A DNA stretch of 64,000 nucleotides. Origin: Octopus vulgaris (Eukaryota). Under the pieces are notes generated by a model. The model was not told the origin of the DNA. It did not search any database and saw only the letters and a list, made by a program, of their open reading frames with translations. The stretch spans positions 14,322,001 through 14,386,000 of the forward strand of contig OX597835.1 in assembly GCA_951406725.2 (NCBI GenBank). The letters run 5' to 3'. The position numbers and the translations under genes are program-made. Below are positions 1 to 12,601 of the stretch, in pieces. The first letter of the stretch is position 1. Every line of letters begins with the position of its first letter.

Positions 1-658
1 ATGTTTCTTTTTTTCAGACTTTTACTTAATCCATGTTTCATATCTTCTGAGTAATACAAAGTTTTCTTTTCACGAGTCCCAGGTTAACTCTGGTGGTTGA
101 AAACGAATTGGGAATATGTATCATGTATGATGTATGGACGCCAGAGAAATAAGTCCCGCGTATCACGTGGTACAAAGGACAGGCAAAGTGCTAATGTTCC
201 GTTTAAGCTTTTACAGGTCACACCCATAAGAAAGACATGAACAGAGAGAAGATTCCGGAGAGATGATGAATGAAATCCTTCCTTGAATATACGTGGACGA
301 TATCCTTGCTGTGACCTCAAATAACGCTATTTTTACATGGCTTAAGGTTAATATTGTAATGAACATTAAAAAATATAAGTAGAAGTATTTATTCGGTGAC
401 AAAAAAGTTTAATTCAATGACTGAAATGGTTTTTAATTCTTTCAGCAAAAGAGGGAAGAAACTCTGGACATGTTTCTGCCGAAATGGTAATGGGAGACTT
501 TTGTGCTGCTGCTCCTATGAAAGGAGGTAAAACCTTTGGATTGAGTCAAGACAGCCATACGACAAGTTATTTCATCGACTTCAGACGGTATTTGAACTCA
601 AACTCAAACAGTCGGAAGAAATGCCAACAGGCATTTTGTCCGAAACGCTGATGATAAA

Positions 659-949
659 GTGGAAGCACTCCGTCGGTTACGACGACGAGGGTTCCGGTTG
701 ATCCGAATCAACGGAACAGCCTGCTCGTGAAATTAACGTGTAAGTGGCTGAGCACTCCACAGACTCGTGTACCCTTAACGTAATTCTCGGGGATATTCAG
801 CGTGACACAGAGAGTGACAAGGCCGGCCCTTTGAAATAGAGGTACAACAGAAACAGGAAGTAAGAGTGAGAGAAAGTTGTGGTGAAAGAGTTACAGCAGG
901 GATCACCACCATCCCCTGCCGGAGCCTCGTGGAGCTTTAGGTGTTTTCG
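659..949 (-). mobile_element. tRNA-derived SINE family A, 5'-truncated, inserted into an older SINE
   Basis: Reverse complement of the body and tail of the full copy at 56567-56950. 13-bp TSD CGCTGATGATAAA at 646-658 and 950-962. Confidence 0.9.
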
Positions 950-2070
950 CGCTGATGATAAAAACTACCAGTTCACTGCCTTTAAATAATTTCTTTCTAC
1001 TATAGACACAAGGCCTGAAATTCTGTGGGAGGGCCTGATCGATTATATGGACTCCATTGTTCAACTGATTTGTATTTTATGGACCTTAAAAAGGTGAAAG
1101 GTGACGCGTTGACCTCGCTAGATTTTGAACACAGAATGAAAACCCAGAAGAAATGCCGGGAAGCATTTTGCCCGGATATTCATATAATTATAGCACTACT
1201 TTTGTTAGTTTCAGTGTCACAGTCTACAGACAGTTTCCGACTCCCTTCCCACCAAAATATCGGTCAGTATCAATTCTAAATTGGATTATTTAAAAAATTG
1301 TAATTCCAATTTTGTACTTTTAGCATTACATTTCATTTGTTTTAAAGAGAAAAAAAAAAAAAAAACAAACAATAATCAAACAAAATTATGAAAATATATA
1401 AATTGCATCGCTGAATGAAAACGAATGAACAAAAAATAAAAATAATAATAATAATAATAATGAATAAGCAGAGTTTAAAAATGTTTCAATTAAAATATTT
1501 CATTGAAGTTATAGTTTACAAATTAAAAAGTAAAAAAAAAAAAACGGTTGCGAAACGCGAAACATAATTTTTTTTTCGTTCGTTTTATATAAGTGATTTA
1601 ACATTTTCCATAATTAATTTAATGATAGATTTATTACGTGATAATTCGATTGGTTCTTTGTTGGTTGGTTGACCTTTTCTTTTGAAAATTCTATTTTCAA
1701 TTTGATCAAGAGAATTTCTTGAAATTATTTTCCCCTGAAATGTAGAGAAAATAAAGAAAGAAAGAAAGAAAGAAGTAAAATATAACAAACGTATTTCGGT
1801 ATATTTACACTATACAATAATAAGCGAATTATATAAATTATCATATTTTTTCCCCCTCGCCGATTTAATTCAGTGAATCAGAATTTAGTTTGTGAACAGG
1901 ATAATGTGAAGTCAGTGAAAAACTTTATTTCAATGTAGGATTGGATTCTTTGTATAGTTGCTCGACGTGCGTGAAATAGTAGCTATATCCCCTTTCAGTC
2001 ATACGCTAAAACCTTTAAAAGAGCACCTTATTTAATGAGCATTCGAAACGTTTTGTCCAATGAATCACCT

Positions 2071-2285
2071 TTATTCTTTTATTCTTGTATTCTTTTACTT
2101 GTTTTAGTCATTTGACTGCGGCCATGTGGAACACCACCTTCAGTCGAGCAAAGGACTTATTCTTTGTAAGCCTAGTACTTATTCTATCGGTCTCTTTTGC
2201 CGAACCGCTAAGGTACAGGGACTTAAACGCACCAGCTTCGGTTGTCAAGCGATGTTGGAGGGGGTGGAGACAAACACAGACACAA

Positions 2286-2375
<90 letters not shown>
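2071..2375 (-). mobile_element. SINE family B, 3' half with internal (CA)n(TA)n
   Basis: Matches the reverse complement of the 3' part of 41117-41519 (CAGTCATTTGACTGCGGCCATG ... GAACCGCTAAG). Confidence 0.85.
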
Positions 2376-2376
<1 letters not shown>

Positions 2377-2657
2377 GAAGTTATGAGAGGTAATGGTGTG
2401 AATAAGACCCAAAGGTGTCAGGTAATGCTGATTAAGTGCTATGGATGGACCATAGTTAAGCTCCAGGTTCGGTGATTATGCGAATGAGGAGTCCAACGTA
2501 GGTCAGATACCAGCATGTGTATACATAAAAAAAATTTTCAGTATGAAATAAAAAACCAAGGCTGTGAAAGATTTTAGAACATTTATAAATAAACCTTCTA
2601 TTTTTAAATGTTCTAAAATCTCTCACAGCCTTGGATTTTTATCTCATTCTGAGGAAG

Positions 2658-2725
<68 letters not shown>

Positions 2726-2726
2726 A

Positions 2727-2893
2727 TACGACGGTGTTCTTTCAGTTTCCGTCTATCAAATCCTCTCACAAAGATTTGGTCAGCCCGAGGCTATAATAGA
2801 AGACACTTGCTCAAGGTGCCACGCAGTGGGACTGAACCCGGAACCACGTGGTTGGGCAGCAAGCTTACTTACCACACAGCTACTCCTGCGACT
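2727..2893 (-). mobile_element. SINE family B, 5' half (tRNA-like head)
   Basis: CAGTGGGACTGAACCCGGAACCA (B-box region, reverse complement), preceded by (TA)n at 2659-2723. Confidence 0.85.
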
Positions 2894-3230
2894 ATGTTAA
2901 GATTTGATGGGAAAAAAATAATGAAGAATATAGTAAAAAGGTTTTGTCATTATTCAGTTAGTATTTGGAATATAGCATGAACTTCGGATGGAAGGCTTTA
3001 ATTTTGGATCACTTTAAAACAACAAGTTTTTTTATCATATAACCAGCGGCAGTCTCAAGAAGGATTGGTATCAAAAGGGTTAGCTCCGTTGATACCGTTT
3101 TCAGTTGAAATTCACCGCATGTGTTTTAATTGATTTTGAAAATAATTAAGAATTCAGTAAAATGACTTTGTAATTTTTAATCACGTGTTTGGAAAATTAA
3201 TTAACACGAAATTTTGATCACCGTATTTAC

Positions 3231-3601
3231 ACTTTTACTCTTTTACTCTTTTACTTGTTTCAGTCATTTGACTGCGGCTTTGCTGGAGCACCGCCTTTAG
3301 TCGAACAAACCGACCCCAGGACTTATTCTTTGTAAACCTAGTACTTGTTCTATCGGTGTCTTTTGCCGAACTGCTAAGTCACGGGGACGTAAATACACCC
3401 ACATCGGTTGTCAAGCGATGATTGGAGGACAAACACAGATACACAACTACATACCAGTTTCTATCCACCAAATCATCTTACAAGGCTTTGGTCGGCCCGA
3501 TGCTATAGAAGACACTTGCTCAAGGTGTCGCGCAGTGGGACTGAACCCGTAACCATGTGTTTGGGAAGCAAGCTTCTCACCACACAGTCACACCTGCGTC
3601 T
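3231..3601 (-). mobile_element. SINE family B
   Basis: (CTTTTACT)n tail, conserved body and head, internal deletion relative to 38722-39143. Confidence 0.85.
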
Positions 3602-3681
3602 ATTTCTGTTGCATTTGTGTCAAGTATTTTGAAAATAATGAAGAATTTAGTAAAACGTCTTTGTCTTTATTAAACAGGTGT

Positions 3682-4087
3682 AAGACAGCGAGTTGGCAGA
3701 ATCGTTAGCACACCGGGCCAAGTGCTCATCGGTATTTCGTCTGCCGTTACGTTCTGAGTTCAAATTTTGCCGAGGTCGACTTTGCCTTTCTTCCTTTCGG
3801 GGTCGATAAATTAAGTACCAGTTACGCACTGGGGTTGATGTAGTCGACTTATTCCCTTTGTCTGTCCTTGTTTGTCCTCTCTGTGTTTAACCCCTTGTGG
3901 GTAGTAAAGAAATAGGTATTTCGTCTGCCGCTACGTTCTGAGTTCAAATTCCGTCGAGGTCGACTTTGCCTTTCATTCTTTCGGGATCGCTGAAATAAGT
4001 ACCAGTTACGCACTGGGGGTTGATATAATCGACTTATACCCTCCCCCAAAATTTCAGGCCTTGTGCCTAAAGTAGAAAGGATTATTA
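3682..4087 (+). mobile_element. SINE family C, dimeric
   Basis: Head GGCAGAATCGTTAGCAC, B box GAGTTCAAATT; the unit GTATTTCGTCTGCCG...GTACCAGTTACGCACTGGGG occurs twice. Confidence 0.85.
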
Positions 4088-4360
4088 AGGGGGGTGTACG
4101 GTAGTCAGCTGGCAGAATCGTTCGCACACTGGCCGCCGTACATTTCTTACATCCTTAGCATTTCATCCGTCTTTACGTTGTGAGGTCGACCTTGTTTTTC
4201 ATCCTTTCAGGGTCGATGAAATAAGTACCAGTTGAACACTGGGGTTGATGCAATCGACCTTCCCCCATCCAAGGCCGAAAAACTTGCTGGCCTTGTGACA
4301 AAATTTGAAACCAATACTGAGTTGGTGTTTCGAACATAAATTAAGATAACAGTTTTTATT

Positions 4361-4871
4361 TACGTAAAGTATACTAGCCATCTCAATATGGCTAACCACT
4401 AAGGGTGGGTGTTACTGTAGCTTTCAGCCCCAGGAGATCATCGTCTCCAGCTGGCTTTAGGCACACTTTCTGTGCCCTTATGGTATATATATATATATAT
4501 ATATACGTAAAGTATACTAGCCATCTCAATATGTATTTCTTTACTGCCCACAAGGGGCTAAACATAGAGGGGACAAACAAGGACAAACAAAGGGAATAAG
4601 TTGATTACATCAACCCCAGTGCGTAACTGGTACTTAGTTTATCGACCCCGAAAGGATGAAAGGCAAAGTCGACCTCGGCGGAATTTGAACTCAGAACGTA
4701 ACGACAGACGAAATACCGCTAAGCATTTCGCCTAGCGCGCTAACGATTCTGCCAGCTCGCCGCCATCTCAATATGGCTAACCACTAAGGGTGGGTGTTAC
4801 TGTAGCTTTTAGCCCCAGGAGATCATCGTCCCCAGCTGGCTTTAGGCACACTTTCTGCGCCCTTATGGTAT
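4361..4871. repeat. ~125-bp direct duplication separated by (TA)n; second copy interrupted by a SINE
   Basis: 4361-4486 versus 4504-4533 plus 4776-4871, with only a few substitutions. Confidence 0.9.
4534..4764 (-). mobile_element. SINE family C, full monomer
   Basis: Reverse complement of the 57411-57643 type. 14-bp TSD GCCATCTCAATATG at 4520-4533 and 4762-4775. Confidence 0.9.
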
Positions 4872-5608
4872 TTGCAAAGGGAGGTCATCCCTCTCTCGTC
4901 AACCTAAGTGATACGCACGGACTGCAGTTTCTAGGTATTTGCCTGTCTTCGACGTACGGCAATCACCGGTTTTCGATTCCCTTTAAAACAAGAAATTTTT
5001 TATCATTGACCCCGAGACAGTCTCAGGCACGCTGGTATCGAAAGAACTAACCAATGATCTCTTTGATCATTACAGTCCTGTGGTTAAACGGCAGCAGCAG
5101 CAAGAAAAACAACATTATTCTATAAAGAGGGTGGGGGGTAGAAACTTAGAAATCGACGAAGAATTTGGCAAAGATCCTGCGAACGACTTTCTTTTCTAAA
5201 TTGATTTACAGCTTTTTATTTTCTCTAAACAGACGCAAAAAACGTGATGATTTAAAAAGAAGTTTTTTAAATCAAGATTTTCATTGAGAATATTCTTTAC
5301 AAATTTGCCATTTACTGGAACCATTTAGAAATCAATAAAATAATTTCTACAAGATTCAGTGTTAGATTTTTCAAAAACGGAAGTTAAAACAAAATCAATT
5401 TCATATAAAAGTTATTTATATTTATATACAGGTAAAAACCTCCACGAAAAAGAAAAGAAAACATAACAAAACAAACGAAAAGCAAACGAAATAGCAACTA
5501 GATGTAAACTAGCGATTTGTCTAAGATTAAAGAAAATTCGAAGATTTATGACTAATTTCGAACTTGATTTAACTAACGCATCCCTGGATCTTAAATATTT
5601 TCTTAATA

Positions 5609-6180
5609 TATGGCTGTGTGGTTAACGAGTTTGCTTCGCAACGAGGTGGTTTTCGGTTCAGTTCCACTTCGTGTGCGTGGAACCTTGGGCAAGTATCTTC
5701 TACCATAGTTTCCGGAACCGACCAATGCCTTGCGAGGGAATTTGGTAGGTGGAAACTGTGTAGAATCCCCGTCATATCTTTTATTTGCTTCAGTCATTAG
5801 ATTGTGGCTACACTGGTGCACCGACTCTAATCACCTACATTTAATCTATCGGTACCTATCCTATCAGTCTCTTTGCCGATCTGCTAAGTTATGGGGACGT
5901 AAAGAAAACAAGACCGGTTGTTAAACGATGATTGGGGACAAATACAAAGCCACACACTTATAAACATAAACACACACACTTATAAACATAAACACACACA
6001 CTTACACACACGCACGAACATGTACACACTCACACGAACACGTACACACACACGATGAGTTTCCACACGTTTCCCGTTTACCAAATTCATTCAAAAAGGC
6101 ATTGGCCGACACGGAGCTATAGTAGAAGACATTTACTCAAGATGCTGCACAGTAGTATTGAACCAGAAACCACGTAGTTG
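5609..6180. mobile_element. Two diverged SINE-B copies in opposite orientation (5609-5772 +, 5778-6180 -)
   Basis: GGCTGTGTGGTTAA...GGTTCAGTTCCAC...CCTTGGGCAAGT head, then a reverse-complement copy with internal (CA)n. Confidence 0.7.
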
Positions 6181-7189
6181 CAGTGTTTTGTTTTTCCCTC
6201 CACTGCTTGACAGCCGGTGTTGGTTTGTTACCTTCCCGTAACTTAACGTATCGGCAAAAAAAGACCGATAGAAAATGTACTAAGAGATATGCAATAAAGT
6301 CACTTCTCATTGAATTCTGTGGATACTGAAAATGAATTAAAATCATCTTCAAAAGCTTACTAAACATTCTTCAATTTTACACTACTGCCGCTGTCGACTT
6401 CTATCGCCTTGGTTCTTCTAACAGCTAAATGACCTCAAGTGTTGCTTGCTAACCTTTGGCAACGAACATAATATGTCCTGATGAGGATATGATATGAGCC
6501 GTATTTCCTTTGTTTGGAGATGGACAAAAGAACCGCATCGAACTCTTAATCAAAAACTAAAACAAAATAAAATTATTTCATTCTGTTACTTCTTTCGGTC
6601 GTTGGAGTGCGGCCATGCGACGGCACTTCCTTGAAGAATATAGTCGAGAAAATTTACCCCACCTCCTCACGTAATGAAAATCGAAATAGAACACGATAAA
6701 CGGAAAACAACAAATAAATTAGGAAGTCCTCTCATCAGCAGTAGAAACTAGAATCTGTGTAGTTTCGTTGCATTTAAAGTGCAAAGATTTTTAAGTTCCG
6801 AGGTAGTACTCTTCTGGTTGCGCCTGTGATAGTTCATATCGTTGCAGTGGTGGACGTTACGAAGACGAAGACTAAGGATGCAGCAGACAACAACATACAA
6901 CTCAAACTACAGACAGACACATGCAATAGAGCTCGAAGACGGGCCTCCTCATAGCTCCCGTATATCAAATTTACTCAAAAGCCCTAGTAGAAGATATTAC
7001 ACTTCATAATGAGACTGAACCACTGAACGTGGTTGTGAAACGAATTGTCTTACCTAACAATCCTTGTTTTAAATTTCCACTTAATGTTTACCAAACACTC
7101 CAAATATCAGTATAGAAATCCATGACTAATATTCTCATATGAAGATAGCAATATTTTTGCGCGTACAACATAAAAATTAATTTTCAATG

Positions 7190-7417
7190 TGTGTTAACAG
7201 CATTGTGCGTGATGCGTTTTCCTGAAGCAAGCCTGTACAATGTAGGCACCGAGTGACATTTTGTATGTGTTAGCGACACAGTTTATGATGCAATCCATTG
7301 AGGTAAACATGTGCAATACAGGCACCTATTCACATTGGTTCTGTGTTAGCAACAGCGTGTGTAATGCGTTCCATTCCTGTAAGCCTGTAGAATGGAGGCA
7401 ATCTGCGTGTTTACGTT
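7190..7417. repeat. Diverged 76-bp tandem repeat, 3 units
   Basis: TGTGTTA at 7190, 7266 and 7342, each followed by similar ATGC...TGT.(C/G)AAT...AGGCA blocks. Confidence 0.75.
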
Positions 7418-8168
7418 CCATAGTTTTATTTCATTAACGAAATATGAAAACAATTCTTGGTTGCCAAAGGCGTGTTTTTCGAGAGCTATTAGTGTTGATT
7501 GTTTTAAACTATTTGTCTTCACTTTTAATTGCATTAACTAAAGATTTCTTGCTTTTCGTTTTTACATCATTTCAAGGAATCATCCAAGGCTTTTATTTAT
7601 TTTTTTTTTTTTAGGAAGTGCAAAAACGAAAAAGAAGAAATTAGAAGAAAAGAAAATTTCTTGCCATTATCACGAAGACAATAAATCGAGAGTCGGTTTC
7701 TAGAAGAGTAATTATAAAAGACGAAGAAAACGCTCCCCCGCCCTTTTATTTGTGTGTCTGTGCCTTTCTTTCTTATTTTTCTTCTCTTTTTCATACATGT
7801 ATGCATGTGTAAGTGCATGTCTCTCTGTGTGTGTGTGTGTGTGTGTGTGAGCATGTTTGGGTATTTCTGTGCTATTTACGGTATAGTGGAATATGTTGTC
7901 GCTTTCATTTGTGGCTTGAGGCAGTAGAGTGCTTGAAGAAACGCTTTCCCAGATTAATGCGTATATATGTGTATATATGTGTATATATGTATATATATAT
8001 GTGTATATATGTGTATATATGTGTGTATATGTGAATATATGAGTGTATATGTGTACATATGTGTTATTTTATGAAATATAGCGTGACTCTATCTATATAA
8101 ATATCAGTTGTAACACACACACACAAACACACGCACACATACACACACGCACATATATATATATATAC

Positions 8169-8202
<34 letters not shown>

Positions 8203-8408
8203 GGCAGAGGCGTGGCTGTGCGGTAAGAAACTTACTAGTTTCTTAATCACATGGTTCCGGGTTCCATCCCACTGTATAGTACCTTGGGCAAGTGTCTTCT
8301 ACTATAGCCTCGGGCCGACCAAAACCTTCTGAGTGGAATAGAGTAATGAGAAATGAAGTGTTTTGCTTAAGAACACAACGCGTTACCCAGTCCAGGAATC
8401 GAAACCAC
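8203..8408. mobile_element. SINE-B head (+) fused to a SINE fragment (-)
   Basis: GGCAGAGGCGTGGCTGTG...GGTTCCGGGTTC...CCTTGGGCAAGTGTCTTC, then GAAATGAAGTG...CAGGAATCGAAACCAC. Confidence 0.75.
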
Positions 8409-8735
8409 ATGCCATTTATCTTTTTCGTGATTGACCTTTGGAGAGCTTCAATTTTCATAATGTTTTGTTTCGTGTGGGGAGACCACAGTGGACAGCAGTA
8501 TTCAAGGTGGGGTCGGGCAAAAGTAGGGGAGAGAAGGATAATGGTGTGGGAATATCTCGACTGGAAGGTTCTGAGAATCCAGGAACACATTCTGCGGGCC
8601 ATGTCAACTTTGCTGCTTATATGTGTTGCCCAGTTTATGTTGTTGTCCACAGTTACTCCCAAGTCTCTGATGTTGTTAGATGGCATGAGAATTTCATACC
8701 AATTTTCGGTATGTGGTGAAGCAACTTGTTGCTAA
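8409..8735 (-). mobile_element. CR1/L2-type LINE ORF2 fragment (C-terminal to the RT core)
   Basis: Translation IRDLGVTVDNNINW...RPHLEYCCPLWSP...IMKIEALQR matches the CR1-group motifs RDLGV, RPxLEY and WSP. Confidence 0.85.
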
Positions 8736-9030
8736 ACCCTTAATTATATTTAATTATATATATATGGAGTTATTATATATGGGGTTATTATATATGGGGT
8801 TATTATATATGGGGTTATTGCCAGCATAGTTTAGCCCCAGGTCAGCACCGAGATTTGAGCAGATCCATGATTAAGAGAATTCCAACCAGACCCATCAGCT
8901 TCGGTTGCTATTTATCTAAAAAAAAATTTTTTTAAAGAATCTTGAAAACCGTGGTTGTTGGTAGAGACATTTCCATTTCTGAAGGGACGCGATTGAGCGA
9001 ACATTTCGCTCTAGGAGTTGGAGTGTAGGG

Positions 9031-9300
9031 CAGTGCTACACTAAGTGGTGATCCGCGGATCGGCGCTGGTCCGTGAACCATCAGCTGCTGGTTCGCGACG
9101 AGTTTCCAGAAAAGAAAGAAACATTATAAAATGCTTATAAGATCCTCATGTAATATTGTATTATTTCTTTACAGAATAAATAGAAGATAAAAACGATTGT
9201 CAACTTTTATTATAATCATTATATATATTGTTTCCGGTATAACTTAATATTACTAAGAAATATTATCGGTCCTTGGCACATTGGAAGAATTATGGACCTT
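9031..9300 (+). mobile_element. hAT/Charlie-like MITE fragment
   Basis: Starts CAGTGCTACACTAAGTG, followed by subterminal (G)TCCGCG/GTCCGTG/GTTCGCG repeats. Right TIR not found. Confidence 0.45.
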
Positions 9301-9404
9301 CTGCTTGTCTCCCGTTTGTTTTTACATTCAGTTTACGTTACGTCCTTTGTACGTTTTTCCATTTATCAAGTAATAGAGCGCAACATATCAAATTTGTACG
9401 TTTG

Positions 9405-9481
<77 letters not shown>

Positions 9482-9484
<3 letters not shown>

Positions 9485-9671
9485 GATAGATCGTTAGCCA
9501 CTACACACATTTTTCTCTCCTTGTATCTCTCCTTGTTTTTTTGTGTCCCTTTCCGTAGAAGAGCGTAGGCTCGAAATGTAAAAGACTTTTTCTATTCCTG
9601 AGCATTATACTAATACATCTGTTTGTTTTCTACATCACCTGTCTTCGTCTTTTGTTTTTTTCGTAAACTCT

Positions 9672-9675
<4 letters not shown>
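9482..9675 (+). mobile_element. Short non-autonomous element embedded in (TA)n, probably PLE-derived
   Basis: Shares GGCTCGAAA(T/C)GT(A/T)AAAGACTTT...CTAATACATCTGTTTG with 13829-13960. Both ends abut (TA)n. Confidence 0.65.
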
Positions 9676-9732
<57 letters not shown>

Positions 9733-10140
9733 CATCGGCGCCAAGTAGTGAACATGAATAAAGGAATTATAAGTTAGTTAAAATATGTCACAAACATAGT
9801 TTAACTTCTGAAGGCAAATTCACTGCAGTTTCCTTCTCCTTGATCGATTGCTTTCACTACGTCTGATGAGCACCACTCCTCTTGACTATAATGGATGGCT
9901 GTTGACTCTCCTGACTTCCTCCCTCCTTTGACGGGTCTTGTTCTTCCTCCCGCAGCATCTCCAAAGATCGTCATCCTCACCAAGCATGCAAGGAAGCATG
10001 GTGGAGTTGCCCGTTTAGTTACCGCCGACCGAACCATGCAACCGGTTGCACGGTCAGGTTGTACTAGGCTACGTATTACCAGTAGCAAACAAGAGCGAAA
10101 AGACCATACATTCGTACATACGTACATTCATATATATATA

Positions 10141-10700
10141 TTGGGTTGTCCGGAAAGTCCGTGCCGATTTATAGTAGCTTACCTTTCGACTTATTTTAGA
10201 ACATGTTTGAGTCCATAAAATAGGATTTGACTACACCTCCATTTAGAGCACAGTTTAAGCTATCTTTTCGTGGAAGAAGGTTTATGTTCCTATAACCTGT
10301 GTTAATTCTGTAACCCTTTAAATTGGAAGATAAGAAAGTTCCATTTTCGGTACTTGATGCTTTGGGAACCTGACAAAAATTGCTGCAGCTCGGCTGGGAT
10401 GTGTTACCCCACCCTCCATATTCACCAGATATTGCTCCTTCGGATTTCCACTTATTCAGGTCTCTGCAGAATAGACTTAATGGTATGACGTAATTGGATG
10501 ACGTAAAAAAATACCTTGATGAATTCTTTGCCATGAAATCACCTCAATTCTGGGAAGAGGGTATTTTCAAGTTAAAGGAAAGATGGAGACGCATTGTGCA
10601 ACAAAATGGTTCATGTTTGGTTGATTAAAAATGTAATGGCAAGTATTTATGACCTTTTCCTTTACTTTAAAAATCGGCACGTACTTTCCGGACAACCCAA
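10141..10700 (+). mobile_element. Internally deleted mariner element
   Basis: ~30-bp TIRs TTGGGTTGTCCGGAAAGT..GTGCCGATTT / AAATCGGCAC..ACTTTCCGGACAACCCAA, TA on both sides. 10362-10628 reads QKLLQLGWDVLPHPPYSPDIAPSDFHLFRSLQN...FWEEGIFKLKERW with stops (mariner YSPDLAP motif). Confidence 0.95.
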
Positions 10701-10870
10701 TATTTATATAAACGTGCAAGTTGTAATAATTCTTTCAGTTAAAATTCTATTATGTATTTCATTAAACTGTTTACTGTTTTAAAGAAGACAAGTACAGATA
10801 CAGACTCCCACACACACACACATACGCACACATACACATGCATACACAAACACACACATAGAGAAAGAGG

Positions 10871-10901
<31 letters not shown>

Positions 10902-11399
10902 TAAGTCTTCATAAATACTACTGATGAGGACTACAGTCACGGGAAGATGATAATAGAATTCCTTGTCAAAGAATCACCACAAATGCTACAAAGTGAAAAA
11001 AAAACCTATTCAAATTCACTTGAAACTTGAAACACAAACTCTAGAAGACTTGTAAGAATTCTGTAGGATGTTAGTTTTAATGTAAAACAAAAAAAAAAAC
11101 AACAACAGACAATAGATGTTCTGTAAAAAAAAATAACCATAACACAAACTAGTTAATTGAAGGCAACAATAAAATGTATGGCAGCTGAACACCGCGAAAT
11201 GGTCCATAAATTTCCAATGTTGGCGTAGAAGGGAGAGTGATGTAAAAGGTGATGTTATTTACACGGTATAATGATGTAATAAATATGGCGGTTTTCTTTT
11301 TTTACGGTTTTGTTTTAATAAATATATTTTCATTTCATTGGTTCCTGCGTTATGGAGGCGAATCTTCACAAATGCAATCGTTCTTCGGTTTCGTATTTG

Positions 11400-11427
11400 T
11401 ATATATGTGTGTGTGTATGTATGAATG

Positions 11428-11461
<34 letters not shown>

Positions 11462-11537
11462 TGTATGTATGTATGTATGTATGTATGTGTGTATGTGTGT
11501 ATGTGTGTGTGTATGCATGTATGTATGTATGTATGTA

Positions 11538-11584
<47 letters not shown>

Positions 11585-11585
11585 A

Positions 11586-11616
<31 letters not shown>

Positions 11617-11836
11617 ATGTATGTATGTGAGTGTGTTGTGTGTACCTATGTGTTTGGTGTATGTATGTATGTATATGTATGTATGCATGTATGTATGTGT
11701 GTATGCATGTATGCATGTATGTATGTATGTATGTATGTATGTATGTATGTATGTATGTATGTATGTATGTATGTATGTATGTATGTATGTATGTATGTGT
11801 ATATATATGTATATGTATGTATAGATATACATACAG

Positions 11837-11873
<37 letters not shown>

Positions 11874-11936
11874 TCATTGTCGTTGGTTCAAAATTTATGT
11901 GTGTGTATGTTTGTAGTTCTTGTATACGCATCTCTG

Positions 11937-12030
<94 letters not shown>
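11400..12030. repeat. Compound (TATG)n/(TG)n/(AG)n/(TA)n microsatellite
   Basis: Directly visible. Confidence 0.95.
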
Positions 12031-12031
<1 letters not shown>

Positions 12032-12109
12032 GATTGTAATTCTCAGCGAGCGACAATGGCAACAAGAAGATTAGCAAGAAATTGTAAATTGACATTGAAT
12101 GTTGTAATA

Positions 12110-12270
12110 ATAAGATGGCTGCTGTTTCTATTTGGGTGGGGTGGGGCGGGGTGGAGATGTGGACGGGACATGGTGGGGTGGGATGGACGCTTTGTCAGGA
12201 GCGTTTTCTGGTTGTTATGGTAACGGTATTTCTTTAATTAGGAACCGATCAACACCGATAACAGATGTGG
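12110..12270. promoter_or_regulatory. Candidate regulatory island (YY1-like, GC box/G4, RFX X-box-like, E-box)
   Basis: AAGATGGCTGC ~12112; GGGTGGGGTGGGGCGGGG 12134-12151; GTTGTTATGGTAAC 12211-12224; CAGATG ~12262. Motif matches only. Confidence 0.3.
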
Positions 12271-12287
12271 AATCTGACGCACACACT

Positions 12288-12349
<62 letters not shown>

Positions 12350-12486
12350 CACTCGCAAACCCACACACACACACACATGCACATATTCTTCAGTAAACCG
12401 ATTTACGACCTTAAATGTACGTAGCTAGGGCGTGTATATATAGAAACAGACAATATTATACACACATATATGTAAATAAACCCATA

Positions 12487-12541
<55 letters not shown>

Positions 12542-12549
12542 ATACATAT

Positions 12550-12599
<50 letters not shown>

Positions 12600-12601
<2 letters not shown>

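Noticed and set aside
445-526. Small + strand exon (TTTTCAG ... GTAA)
   Set aside because: Splice-like signals only; no recognisable peptide or partner exons.
6478-6545. Additional CTGA(T/C)GA motifs (6478, 10921, 38439, 39526, minus strand ~6735)
   Set aside because: No correctly placed GAAA or stems I/III; at best heavily decayed relics.
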